Virus record (IMG/VR): IMGVR_UViG_3300042197_002762
Span: 32,001 to 96,000 of that record
Reading direction: 5' to 3' (one strand)
Source: a virus
DNA: 64,000 bases
A program made the position numbers and the translations under genes. Positions 7,448 through 15,849 of this stretch are shown here, in pieces. How positions within the stretch are numbered: position 1 is the first letter of the stretch; every line of letters starts with the position of its first letter. The notes under the pieces were generated by a model. It made no database searches and was not told the DNA's origin. It saw only the letters and a list, made by a program, of their open reading frames with translations.

Positions 7448-8491
7448 ATGGCTATTAGAAATATAATACAAAAAGCAGAACAGGAATATCCTCCAGTTGT
7501 TGGTGGGGTATCTGGGGATTTATCTATTTATTATACGAAAGATAACCCAAGCGGGTTTATTACCACTGGCGATTTGGTAGACTTAGAATTAAGAATCGCT
7601 GGAGATATTGTTTATACCACTGGAAATCAAACAGTTAGTGGCATTAAAGATTTCACCTCTCGTCCTACCGTTAATACAGTTCCAGTTTTATTAAGCGGAG
7701 AAGTTAATACTGTCATTAGCGGCGTATTTTTTACAGCAGAAGTCAATATTAAAAATGATAATGGTTCTACAATATTTAAAGGGCAACCAGTTTATGTGTC
7801 TAGCGCTGCTGGCACAAATATTTTAGTCAAATTGGCAAGTAATACCGGAGAAGCAACATCCTCTAAAACTTTTGGACTCGTTAATCAGTCGAGTTTAGCG
7901 CAAAATGCAAATGGGACTGTTGTTACAGAAGGTTTGCTCCAAAATGTAAATACTTCTGCGGCTGGAAATGAAGGCGATCCAATCTGGCTGGGCACAACTG
8001 GTGATTTAATTTATGGTTTAACTAATAAACCAAAAGCCCCAAATCATCTTGTTTATCTTGGCGTTGTTACAAAAAAACACGCAACGCAGGGTGAAATTTT
8101 TGTTCATATTCAAAATGGTTTTGAAATTGACGAATTGCATGATGTTAGAATCATTAATAAACAAAATAGGGACGTAATTATTTATAACAGTGGTAGTGGA
8201 TTATGGCTTAATAGACAACTTAATATAAATGATATTTCTGGCTCAAATAATATTGTTTATACCACTGGCGACCAAACCATTAGTGGAAACAAAACATTTC
8301 AAGCCAATGAATATAATTTTGATGGCGCAGATATTTCTATTTATGGCGGCGGAACTTTTGAAGTCAACGCTTCAGTTGAAACAAAAGGAATCCCAAAAGA
8401 CTTGGGTGGAGTGAGTGGCCTTCAAGTAATGACAACTGGGGCTTACAATTCTGGCATTCCACTTTCTGGCGTGGTTTATATTCTAATCTAA
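7448..8491 (+). CDS. Virion fibre-like protein
   Basis: Two VYTTG(N/D)QT(V/I)SGxKxF fibre motifs, Gly/Thr/Asn-rich. Confidence 0.6.
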   Translation: MAIRNIIQKAEQEYPPVVGGVSGDLSIYYTKDNPSGFITTGDLVDLELRIAGDIVYTTGNQTVSGIKDFTSRPTVNTVPVLLSGEVNTVISGVFFTAEVNIKNDNGSTIFKGQPVYVSSAAGTNILVKLASNTGEATSSKTFGLVNQSSLAQNANGTVVTEGLLQNVNTSAAGNEGDPIWLGTTGDLIYGLTNKPKAPNHLVYLGVVTKKHATQGEIFVHIQNGFEIDELHDVRIINKQNRDVIIYNSGSGLWLNRQLNINDISGSNNIVYTTGDQTISGNKTFQANEYNFDGADISIYGGGTFEVNASVETKGIPKDLGGVSGLQVMTTGAYNSGIPLSGVVYILI

Positions 8492-8745
8492 TGAGACTCG
8501 ACCAAGCAACGGACATTAAATATAATGGAATTTCGGCTAAACAGGTTTATTATAATAATAACTTAATCTGGCCGCAAATTTCTATTGTTAGCGGTCTTTT
8601 CTGGGATTTTGTGGCAAGCCCATCTGGAAAAACATTAACCGCATTCAATGTTCATTTTGAAAATGGCGGTGTCACCGCCGATTGGGGTGATGGAAGTTCC
8701 CAAATCTTAACTTCTAGTGTAAACTATAACAAAACATTCTCTTAA
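8491..8745 (+). CDS. Small fibre-associated protein with a WGDG (PKD-like) module
   Basis: IKYNG...QVYYNNNLIWP N-terminus; ADWGDGS; C-terminal half resembles the C-terminus of 20410..21048. Confidence 0.55.
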   Translation: MRLDQATDIKYNGISAKQVYYNNNLIWPQISIVSGLFWDFVASPSGKTLTAFNVHFENGGVTADWGDGSSQILTSSVNYNKTFS

Positions 8746-8746
8746 T

Positions 8747-9820
8747 ATGGCTGGAATTAGTTTAATATTACAAAATAATCCAACTGTCACACAAATTAAT
8801 TGTGGTACAAGTTCTCCTAAACTCGGTGGCACTATAGACCTTTCTGCTTTTCCTAATTTGCAACAGTTCAGATGTGAGAATCATAATATTACTAATATAT
8901 CGGGTTATGGTAATAATGTCATAACTGCACTTCAAATTCAAACAAATCTTTTATCTGGATCTTTTTTAAACTTAACAGGCTTAAATCAAGTGCAAGTTCT
9001 TTGGATATACAATAATCAGTATAGTGGTTCTTTTCCAACTGGTTTTGCCAATTTAACAAGTTTGGTAAATTTTCGTTGTGAAGCAAATAGATTGACAGGT
9101 TCTATTCCTAGTTTGTCTACATTTCCAGGTTTGCGCTATTTTCAATGTCATAATCAACAAGGAACTACAAAATTAACTGGACCAATTCCTGTTCTTACTG
9201 GGTGTCCAATACTTCAAGAATTCCAATGTCATACAAATCAAATAGGAGGAACTCTTCCTGAAATATCTGGATTAAATAGTTTGCAGTTGTTTCATTGCTC
9301 CGCTCAAGCAGCACCAGGAGGAATAACAGGCTTTTTTCCTGTTTTAAATAACCCAGCTTTAAGAGAGTTTAGAATAGATAATAACTTGGTATCAGGAACC
9401 ATACCCTCTTTAAATAATATCCCCAATATTCAATTATTTTCATGTTTTCAAAATCGCTTAACTGGATCTATCCCAAATTTATCACAATTGACAAGTTTAA
9501 GAGCTTTTTGGGCTTATAATCAGGGGGGGGCAACTAAATTAACAAATTTTGATGGCGGTAGTGTTTCCAATACTTTAGGAGATTTTAGAGCAGATAGTAA
9601 TCAATTATCTTCTACTGCGGTAAATTCAATCTTGGCGGCTTTTGTGGCGGCTGGCAGAACAACTGGAAATGCAACGGGAATAACTCCAGGTTTCTCACTC
9701 TGCACATTAAATTTAGGCGGAGCATCAACTACAAATTTTAGACCAACTGGTCAGGGGGTTAATGATGTACAAACCCTGAGGGATCGTGGTTGGATCGTTA
9801 CAACAGGAACAAGAGTATGA
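8747..9820 (+). CDS. Leucine-rich repeat protein
   Basis: About ten LxxLxxFxCxxNxLxGxIP repeats. Confidence 0.85.
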   Translation: MAGISLILQNNPTVTQINCGTSSPKLGGTIDLSAFPNLQQFRCENHNITNISGYGNNVITALQIQTNLLSGSFLNLTGLNQVQVLWIYNNQYSGSFPTGFANLTSLVNFRCEANRLTGSIPSLSTFPGLRYFQCHNQQGTTKLTGPIPVLTGCPILQEFQCHTNQIGGTLPEISGLNSLQLFHCSAQAAPGGITGFFPVLNNPALREFRIDNNLVSGTIPSLNNIPNIQLFSCFQNRLTGSIPNLSQLTSLRAFWAYNQGGATKLTNFDGGSVSNTLGDFRADSNQLSSTAVNSILAAFVAAGRTTGNATGITPGFSLCTLNLGGASTTNFRPTGQGVNDVQTLRDRGWIVTTGTRV

Positions 9821-10083
9821 TTAAAATATATTCAAATCAAGAAAGGCCAGATGTGATTCCAATGGTAGATGGAATTGTAACATCTGAAACCGAATGGTGG
9901 ATGATTTATGACGCAAATACATTACAAGTGCTTGTACCACCACTTCAATGCGCTGGTGGAACTTCTTGTGTATATACAATGGTTATAACCGACACGCGAG
10001 AAGAAATAGATCAGTATATCCAAGATAATGGTTTAATTCTTCCACCCGATCCATACAATTCTTTTACCGATAATATTGAATAA
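9790..10083 (+). CDS. Hypothetical protein
   Basis: ORF in the operon, probable start at MIKIYS. Confidence 0.6.
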   Translation: MDRYNRNKSMIKIYSNQERPDVIPMVDGIVTSETEWWMIYDANTLQVLVPPLQCAGGTSCVYTMVITDTREEIDQYIQDNGLILPPDPYNSFTDNIE

Positions 10084-10654
10084 CCTTTTCTGGTATATTT
10101 AAATATTCTCGATAAGATTTTAATATTCTGTTTGGGCAAAATTCCTGAACTTTTTTATATTTCCTATTGTCGTCGGGCCATTTGCCGTATTTATACAGGA
10201 AAGCATATTTATATATAATTGCATTTGCACTTTGGGCATACTTTTTATGGTCGAATAGTTTGTTATTTTTTATAATATTTGTGGCGCATTTTTCACAATT
10301 TATTTCTAGTTCCATTAAAGCTTCTAATTCTTTTTTATATTTTTGTGGTTTTGAAATAATTTGAGAATATGTTACATCGTAATCACAGAACTTATTCCAT
10401 AATCGAGAATCATCTCTCCACTGTATAAAATGGCAATATTCATGTATTAAAACACCAAACCATTCATCTTCTGCTAAATTACCCTTGGCAACTTTAATAA
10501 TTGGATCGTCATTTGAATCCATATAAAAAAGTCCAGAACATTTGCTCTTACCACCACAATAATTTCCTTTTAATAATATAATTCTACCATCAAGAGATTC
10601 GATATCTTCTTTGATGATATCGAACACCTTGGAATTGATTAAAGACGACATCAA
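10064..10654 (-). CDS. Zincin-like metallopeptidase (HExxH)
   Basis: LIHEYCHFIQW plus a downstream E in ELEINCE. Confidence 0.65.
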   Translation of the reverse strand: MMSSLINSKVFDIIKEDIESLDGRIILLKGNYCGGKSKCSGLFYMDSNDDPIIKVAKGNLAEDEWFGVLIHEYCHFIQWRDDSRLWNKFCDYDVTYSQIISKPQKYKKELEALMELEINCEKCATNIIKNNKLFDHKKYAQSANAIIYKYAFLYKYGKWPDDNRKYKKVQEFCPNRILKSYREYLNIPEKVIQYYR

Positions 10655-10661
10655 TGGTTAT

Positions 10662-10667
10662 TTACAC
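10662..10667 (-). promoter_or_regulatory. RTGTAA putative late promoter element
   Basis: GTGTAA on the minus strand, 7-10 nt before the start at 10654/10651. Confidence 0.5.
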
Positions 10668-10713
10668 ACATATATTTATAAAATGTTTATAGAAGAGATT
10701 TTAGAATTTTTTT

Positions 10714-10719
10714 GTGTAA
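10714..10719 (+). promoter_or_regulatory. RTGTAA putative late promoter element
   Basis: GTGTAA 19 nt before the ATG at 10739. Confidence 0.45.
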
Positions 10720-10738
10720 ACCTATAAAATACTAGTGT

Positions 10739-11143
10739 ATGAAATATTTTTGCTCCAAATGTGGCAAGACCACTGAATATAATTTTGAACTTCCAAAATT
10801 CTGTGCTTTTTGCGGACAATCTTTTGCAAGCAAGTCATCTTCTCCTAAAGCAGAAGAAAAAGGAAATAAATTTTTAAATGAATTAAAATTAAAGAAAAAT
10901 ATAAACTCTGTAGAAATTGAAGAAGAGGAATCTTATATTTCAGAAAGTAATATTGATTTTAAAAAAGTAAAACCCAGTTTTAAAGTAGATGTTTATCAAT
11001 CCAAAGGTGAATCTTTTGGTAGCTTGATAGATAATCCATCCGCGCCAATAGAATTTCAAAATCAACATAGTCCAGAAACAAAAACCAGGGAAGAAATTTT
11101 AGCCGAATTCCAAAGAGAAGCTGGCTCGTTAAGATCTGAATAA
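10739..11143 (+). CDS. Zinc-ribbon protein
   Basis: CSKCG-x12-CAFCG at the N-terminus. Confidence 0.7.
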   Translation: MKYFCSKCGKTTEYNFELPKFCAFCGQSFASKSSSPKAEEKGNKFLNELKLKKNINSVEIEEEESYISESNIDFKKVKPSFKVDVYQSKGESFGSLIDNPSAPIEFQNQHSPETKTREEILAEFQREAGSLRSE

Positions 11144-11148
11144 TTTAT

Positions 11149-11859
11149 ATGCCACGAAAGAAAAAAGGCATTCCCAGACCTTCTTTTGAAGATTCTATAG
11201 ATGTTATTAATTCTGAAATTCAAAAACGTAAACATCGTTGGCACCTTACCGCGATAGCTTGGATGGATTTTGAAGATGTGGCGCAAAGACTGCGGATACA
11301 CATTTATAAAAAATGGGATAAATGGGATCCTGCGCGCCCCATGCGCCCTTGGCTAAACCAAGTCATTAATCACCAAATGACGAACATGTTAAGAAACCAT
11401 TATTCTAATTTTTCGCGCCCGTGTTTAAAGTGTCCATTTAATACAGGAGAATATGGTTGTTCTATTTATGGATCACAAAACAATTCTTGCAAAGATTACG
11501 CCAAATGGGAGAAAAGTAAAAAATCCGCATATGATGTAAAATTTCCATTAAGTATACATAGTCCAAATCATGATAATCCCGAAACAACTTTAGAAAATGT
11601 TTTACATGATACTGAGAATTCCATGGATATAGAAAATTTAATGCCTCTTTTTCACGAAGTTATGAAAAAACATTTGAGTATAATTGAATGGAAAGTTTAT
11701 GATTTTATGTTTTTACAGCACCTAGAAGAAGCCGAAGTCGCCAAGAAAATGGGGTATAAACTAAGTTTAAAAGAAGGGCGGCCAGCTTATAGACAGATTA
11801 GTAAAATTAAATCTAAAATTTTACAAAAAGCGCGCGAAGTTGTAAGGGAGGTTTTATAA
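11149..11859 (+). CDS. Phage RNA polymerase sigma factor (sigma70/ECF-like) with a Cys-rich insert
   Basis: Region 2-like DFEDVAQ...WDPARPMRPWLNQVINHQMTNMLR; region 4-like EAEVAKKMG...ISKIKSKILQK; CLKC..C..C insert. Confidence 0.75.
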   Translation: MPRKKKGIPRPSFEDSIDVINSEIQKRKHRWHLTAIAWMDFEDVAQRLRIHIYKKWDKWDPARPMRPWLNQVINHQMTNMLRNHYSNFSRPCLKCPFNTGEYGCSIYGSQNNSCKDYAKWEKSKKSAYDVKFPLSIHSPNHDNPETTLENVLHDTENSMDIENLMPLFHEVMKKHLSIIEWKVYDFMFLQHLEEAEVAKKMGYKLSLKEGRPAYRQISKIKSKILQKAREVVREVL

Positions 11860-12971
11860 TGGAAGAAATTCTCACATTAGAGCAGCAAAATAGATTAAAG
11901 GAATTTTTGCAAAAAAATCCCGAAGCTACTCTTACAGAAATAACTGCTTACACATATAATAATGAAAATATAGATAGCCGCAGTAAAGAAGGGCGTATTC
12001 TAAAACAATATTTACTAGATAATAATATTGAATATAAAAATCGCTCTGTCTTTCAACGGGACCGTGTTTCGTTAACAAAAGAACATGAAGAATTTATAAA
12101 AAATAATTATAAAAATCAGCATTATCTAGACATGGCAAAAATTTTATTTAAAAATAATAATTTAACCCATCTGAGTCTCGAATCGCGCGAAGTTAACAAA
12201 TACGTTAATAAACTCCAAAAGGCTGATCCTACATATTTGGATATGACAACTTATGTTCCTAAAGAATCAGAGACTTCAGCGCAAAGTCATATTGGAGAAT
12301 ATTTTCCACCGCGCCGTATGGATCAAACTTTATACAGAATTAATAAGTATCTTAATTTAGGATGGGAAGACAAGAAATTAAAAGCAGTTCAGACTAAACA
12401 GGTTGAAATGTTACAAAGGTATTTAAATACTTTTAGTTTTTGTTATCAAATTAATACTTATCGTCGTGAAGATGATCGTAAATTATTTGAAGATGCTTTT
12501 ATTCGTTATACTTATGATAAAGAAGATTTAACACAAGAAGAGTTAGATCAATTTATTACTCTTTGCACAGAGGTTGTTACGGCTTCTACAATTTTACAAC
12601 AAGTTGAGGATTTGCGTCAATTATTACGTCAAGCATCTGAAGAGGATGAGGGGCGGAATATTAAAATGAGTCTTAATGAAGCGATTAGTAGCTTACAGAC
12701 TGAATACAACCAATGTCGTAATAGACAAAATAAATTATATAAATCACTTGTAGATGACCGTTCTAAAAAAATACAGGAACGTAAACAAGAAAATGCTAGT
12801 ATTCTCAATCTAGTTCAAGCATGGAAAGACGAGGAGCGTCGTAAAAGTATTATTCATTTGGCAGAAGCACAAAAACAAAATCTTGAAGAAGAAGCTAAAC
12901 GTTTATCATCTATGGACGAATTAAAAGCTGTTATCCGTGGAATTGATATAGATGAAATGGTTCATAGTTAA
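11859..12971 (+). CDS. Coiled-coil hypothetical protein (possible terminase small subunit)
   Basis: Helical with a long C-terminal coiled coil; two genes upstream of TerL. Confidence 0.45.
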   Translation: MEEILTLEQQNRLKEFLQKNPEATLTEITAYTYNNENIDSRSKEGRILKQYLLDNNIEYKNRSVFQRDRVSLTKEHEEFIKNNYKNQHYLDMAKILFKNNNLTHLSLESREVNKYVNKLQKADPTYLDMTTYVPKESETSAQSHIGEYFPPRRMDQTLYRINKYLNLGWEDKKLKAVQTKQVEMLQRYLNTFSFCYQINTYRREDDRKLFEDAFIRYTYDKEDLTQEELDQFITLCTEVVTASTILQQVEDLRQLLRQASEEDEGRNIKMSLNEAISSLQTEYNQCRNRQNKLYKSLVDDRSKKIQERKQENASILNLVQAWKDEERRKSIIHLAEAQKQNLEEEAKRLSSMDELKAVIRGIDIDEMVHS

Positions 12972-12982
12972 TATAATATATT

Positions 12983-13918
12983 ATGAATAAGAACAAAATA
13001 TACTTAAAATGTAAAGTTTGTGGCGAAGAATTTAATTATTTTGCCGAACTACAAAAACATTTAAGAAATTATCATAAGCTTTCTTGTAAAACTTATTTTG
13101 AAACTTATTGGAAACGCATTGATCGTTTTGATGGTAAAAAATTAGAATATAAATCTTTTGATCAATACGTAACGTGTGATTTTGTTGATAAAAAAAACTA
13201 TAAAAATTGGCTAAAGACTCTTTCAAAAGAAGAGTGTGCCGATTATTTTAAAAGTAAATTAGACCAATATTGTGATTTAAAGAGCTTAGAAACTGCCCCT
13301 GGTCAAGTCGAGGCTCAAAGTATTAATTGTTTGTTGCCAGTAAGTACGATGGAAATTTTTTCTGGAACTAATTATAATAATTTATGTAGAAAAGCTGGAT
13401 TATATTCTAGATTTAATTATGAAATTCCAGACGAGATTCCTTGGACCCCAATTCCACAAATTATTGTAGACAGTCGTGAACAAAAGCCATTTAGTTTTGA
13501 AGAACATACTTTGATTGAATCTAAATTGGAGTATGGTGATTATTCCTTACATCCTAATAATAAATTAGCTGTTGAACGTAAAAGCTTAAGCGATTTGTAT
13601 GGAACATTGAGCGGTGGCCGTGAGAGATTTGAGCGCGAAATTCAAAAAGCTAAAAAACTAGGGGGTTATATTGTAGTTGTTGTAGAATCAACGCTTAACA
13701 ATATGATGTACCAAAAACAAAAATTTGGCAAAGCTTCTGGTGAATTTATTGCACATAATATGAGAAAATTATTACGTCAATATGATAATCTTCAATTTGT
13801 TTTTTGTGATGGGCGCGAAGAAGCAAAAGATAAAACATTACATATCCTAGGAATGAATGAAGAAGCATGTAAAATAGATTTACAATATTACTTTGATACA
13901 AAATGGCCCTTATTGTAG
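12983..13918 (+). CDS. C2H2 zinc finger plus ERCC4/XPF-type nuclease
   Basis: CKVC-x12-HLRNYH; IIVDSREQ...GDYS...VERKSLSDLYGTL...RFEREI. Confidence 0.85.
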   Translation: MNKNKIYLKCKVCGEEFNYFAELQKHLRNYHKLSCKTYFETYWKRIDRFDGKKLEYKSFDQYVTCDFVDKKNYKNWLKTLSKEECADYFKSKLDQYCDLKSLETAPGQVEAQSINCLLPVSTMEIFSGTNYNNLCRKAGLYSRFNYEIPDEIPWTPIPQIIVDSREQKPFSFEEHTLIESKLEYGDYSLHPNNKLAVERKSLSDLYGTLSGGRERFEREIQKAKKLGGYIVVVVESTLNNMMYQKQKFGKASGEFIAHNMRKLLRQYDNLQFVFCDGREEAKDKTLHILGMNEEACKIDLQYYFDTKWPLL

Positions 13919-15807
13919 GAAATCAAAAAAAATCTAAACCATTAGCTAACGTTAATAAAGAGCTACTTAAACTAAAGGGCGATTTAACTGACGAAGAGGC
14001 CAGGGTTAGTCTTGCCAAGTTTCTAAGATATAATCTTGGTTTTACTACAGAGTTGTCAATGGGTTTAACATTAGAAGCTTATCAAGAATTAACACTCAAT
14101 TCTTTTTTTAATAGAAATTATTGCATGCTAGTTTGGGGTCGTGGTGGAGCTAAAAGTTTTTGCGCTGCAATCTATTGTATTCTTAAATGTATGTTAGAGC
14201 CTGGAACTAAAATACTTATTGCGTCTATTAACTTTCGTACTAGCCGCCGTGTTTTTAATGAAATTGAAAAATTTTTAGCATCTCCAGGTGCTGCTTTAGC
14301 TCGACAATGTTTTGGTTTAAAAAGTAAACGAAATGACCAATATGAATGGCAAATTAATGGAGGTAGCATAACTGCGATTCCATTAACTGGAGAAAAAATT
14401 CGTGGTATTCGTGCTAACGTGCTTATTCTAGACGAGTTCCTACTTTTACCTCCAGATATTATTGATAATGTTCTTATTCCATTCTTAAGTTCGCCACGAG
14501 ATGTTGGCGAAAGAATTCGTATTAGAAAATTAGAAGAAGAATTAATAAGAAAAGGATTATTACATCCCGATAATAGACATATATTTGAAAATACATCACA
14601 AATGTTATGTTTAAGTTCTGCAAGTTATACCTTCGAACATTTATTTCGTGTCTATCAACAATGGTCACATTTAATAGAACATCCAGAAGAACAAGAATCT
14701 AAAGAGGGCGAATTGCCTGGAACATACTTTGTTTCGCAATTAAGTTACGAAGCCTTACCTCAACATATGGTGGATCAGGGCGCAATTCAAGTAGCTAAAA
14801 GTGGCGGAAGTTCACATCATTCGTTCTTAAGAGAATACTGTGCGCGTTTTATTGATGGCGGCGATAGTTATTTTTCTCCTAAAAAAATGCATGAATGTAC
14901 AATTCCAGATGGTGAATATCCAACCACTAAAGTTGTAGGAGATGTTGACAAAAAATATATTCTAGCAATTGACCCTAACTTTTCATCTTCTAAAGTTGCC
15001 GACTATTTCGCCATGAGTCTTATTGAACTTGACGAAGAAAAGAAGCAAGGGGTATTAGTTCATGGATACCAAGCTGCTGGATCATCTTTACAAGATCACA
15101 TCAAATATTTTTATTATTTATATAAAAACTTTAATATTGCTTTAATTATTATTGACCATGCTGGCGCGGATACATTTATTGATGCAGTTAATAATTCTCA
15201 ATTTTTTAAAGACATGAATCGTAAAATTGGATTTGTAGATTTTGAATCTGATAAAGAAAACGAGGATTATAGTAAAATGTTAAAAGATTGTGCTAGGCAA
15301 TACAATAAAGATTTTGGAAGTATTTGTATTAAACAATATTTTACAAGTTTCTTCTTGGGTCGTGCAAACTCATATTTACAAACCTGTATTGACCATAAAA
15401 AGATCTGGTTTGCCTCGCGCGCGAGTAATCATCCCGATATTTTAGAGAATATTTTTACAATGAATTTACCGATGGAATATATTTACCCAAGGGGTATCGG
15501 AGACAAAGCTGACAATGAATTTGAAACTAAAAAGCTAACTGTGAGAGAATTTATAGAAGAACAGGATTTTATCGTTCAAGACACTAAAGATCAATGTGCC
15601 AATGTTGAAGTTACCACAACATCTAGAGGTACTCAGAGTTTTGACCTACCATCACATTTGAGAAAATCCACAAGTATAAACAGGGCTAGAAAAGATAACT
15701 ATACTACTCTTATGTTAGGAAATTGGGGCGTTAAAGCTTATTTTGATATAATGGCTCCAGAAAATTTTGCAAAGAAGAATACGGAATTTGTTGCAGAATT
15801 AATCTAA
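13903..15807 (+). CDS. terL: Terminase large subunit
   Basis: WGRGGAKSF Walker A, IRGIRANVLILDEF Walker B, RNase H-like ILAIDP, C-terminal RKDNYT. Confidence 0.95.
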   Translation: MALIVGNQKKSKPLANVNKELLKLKGDLTDEEARVSLAKFLRYNLGFTTELSMGLTLEAYQELTLNSFFNRNYCMLVWGRGGAKSFCAAIYCILKCMLEPGTKILIASINFRTSRRVFNEIEKFLASPGAALARQCFGLKSKRNDQYEWQINGGSITAIPLTGEKIRGIRANVLILDEFLLLPPDIIDNVLIPFLSSPRDVGERIRIRKLEEELIRKGLLHPDNRHIFENTSQMLCLSSASYTFEHLFRVYQQWSHLIEHPEEQESKEGELPGTYFVSQLSYEALPQHMVDQGAIQVAKSGGSSHHSFLREYCARFIDGGDSYFSPKKMHECTIPDGEYPTTKVVGDVDKKYILAIDPNFSSSKVADYFAMSLIELDEEKKQGVLVHGYQAAGSSLQDHIKYFYYLYKNFNIALIIIDHAGADTFIDAVNNSQFFKDMNRKIGFVDFESDKENEDYSKMLKDCARQYNKDFGSICIKQYFTSFFLGRANSYLQTCIDHKKIWFASRASNHPDILENIFTMNLPMEYIYPRGIGDKADNEFETKKLTVREFIEEQDFIVQDTKDQCANVEVTTTSRGTQSFDLPSHLRKSTSINRARKDNYTTLMLGNWGVKAYFDIMAPENFAKKNTEFVAELI

Positions 15808-15824
15808 TAAAATATCAGATTTTA

Positions 15825-15830
15825 GTGTAA
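15825..15830 (+). promoter_or_regulatory. RTGTAA putative late promoter element
   Basis: GTGTAA 19 nt before the portal ATG. Confidence 0.55.
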
Positions 15831-15849
15831 TAAACTGTTATAATAATTT

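Noticed and set aside
8743-8749. Frameshift error splitting the adaptor from the LRR gene
   Set aside because: The TAATATG junction matches many other gene junctions, and the paralogous domain in 20410..21048 ends at the same point
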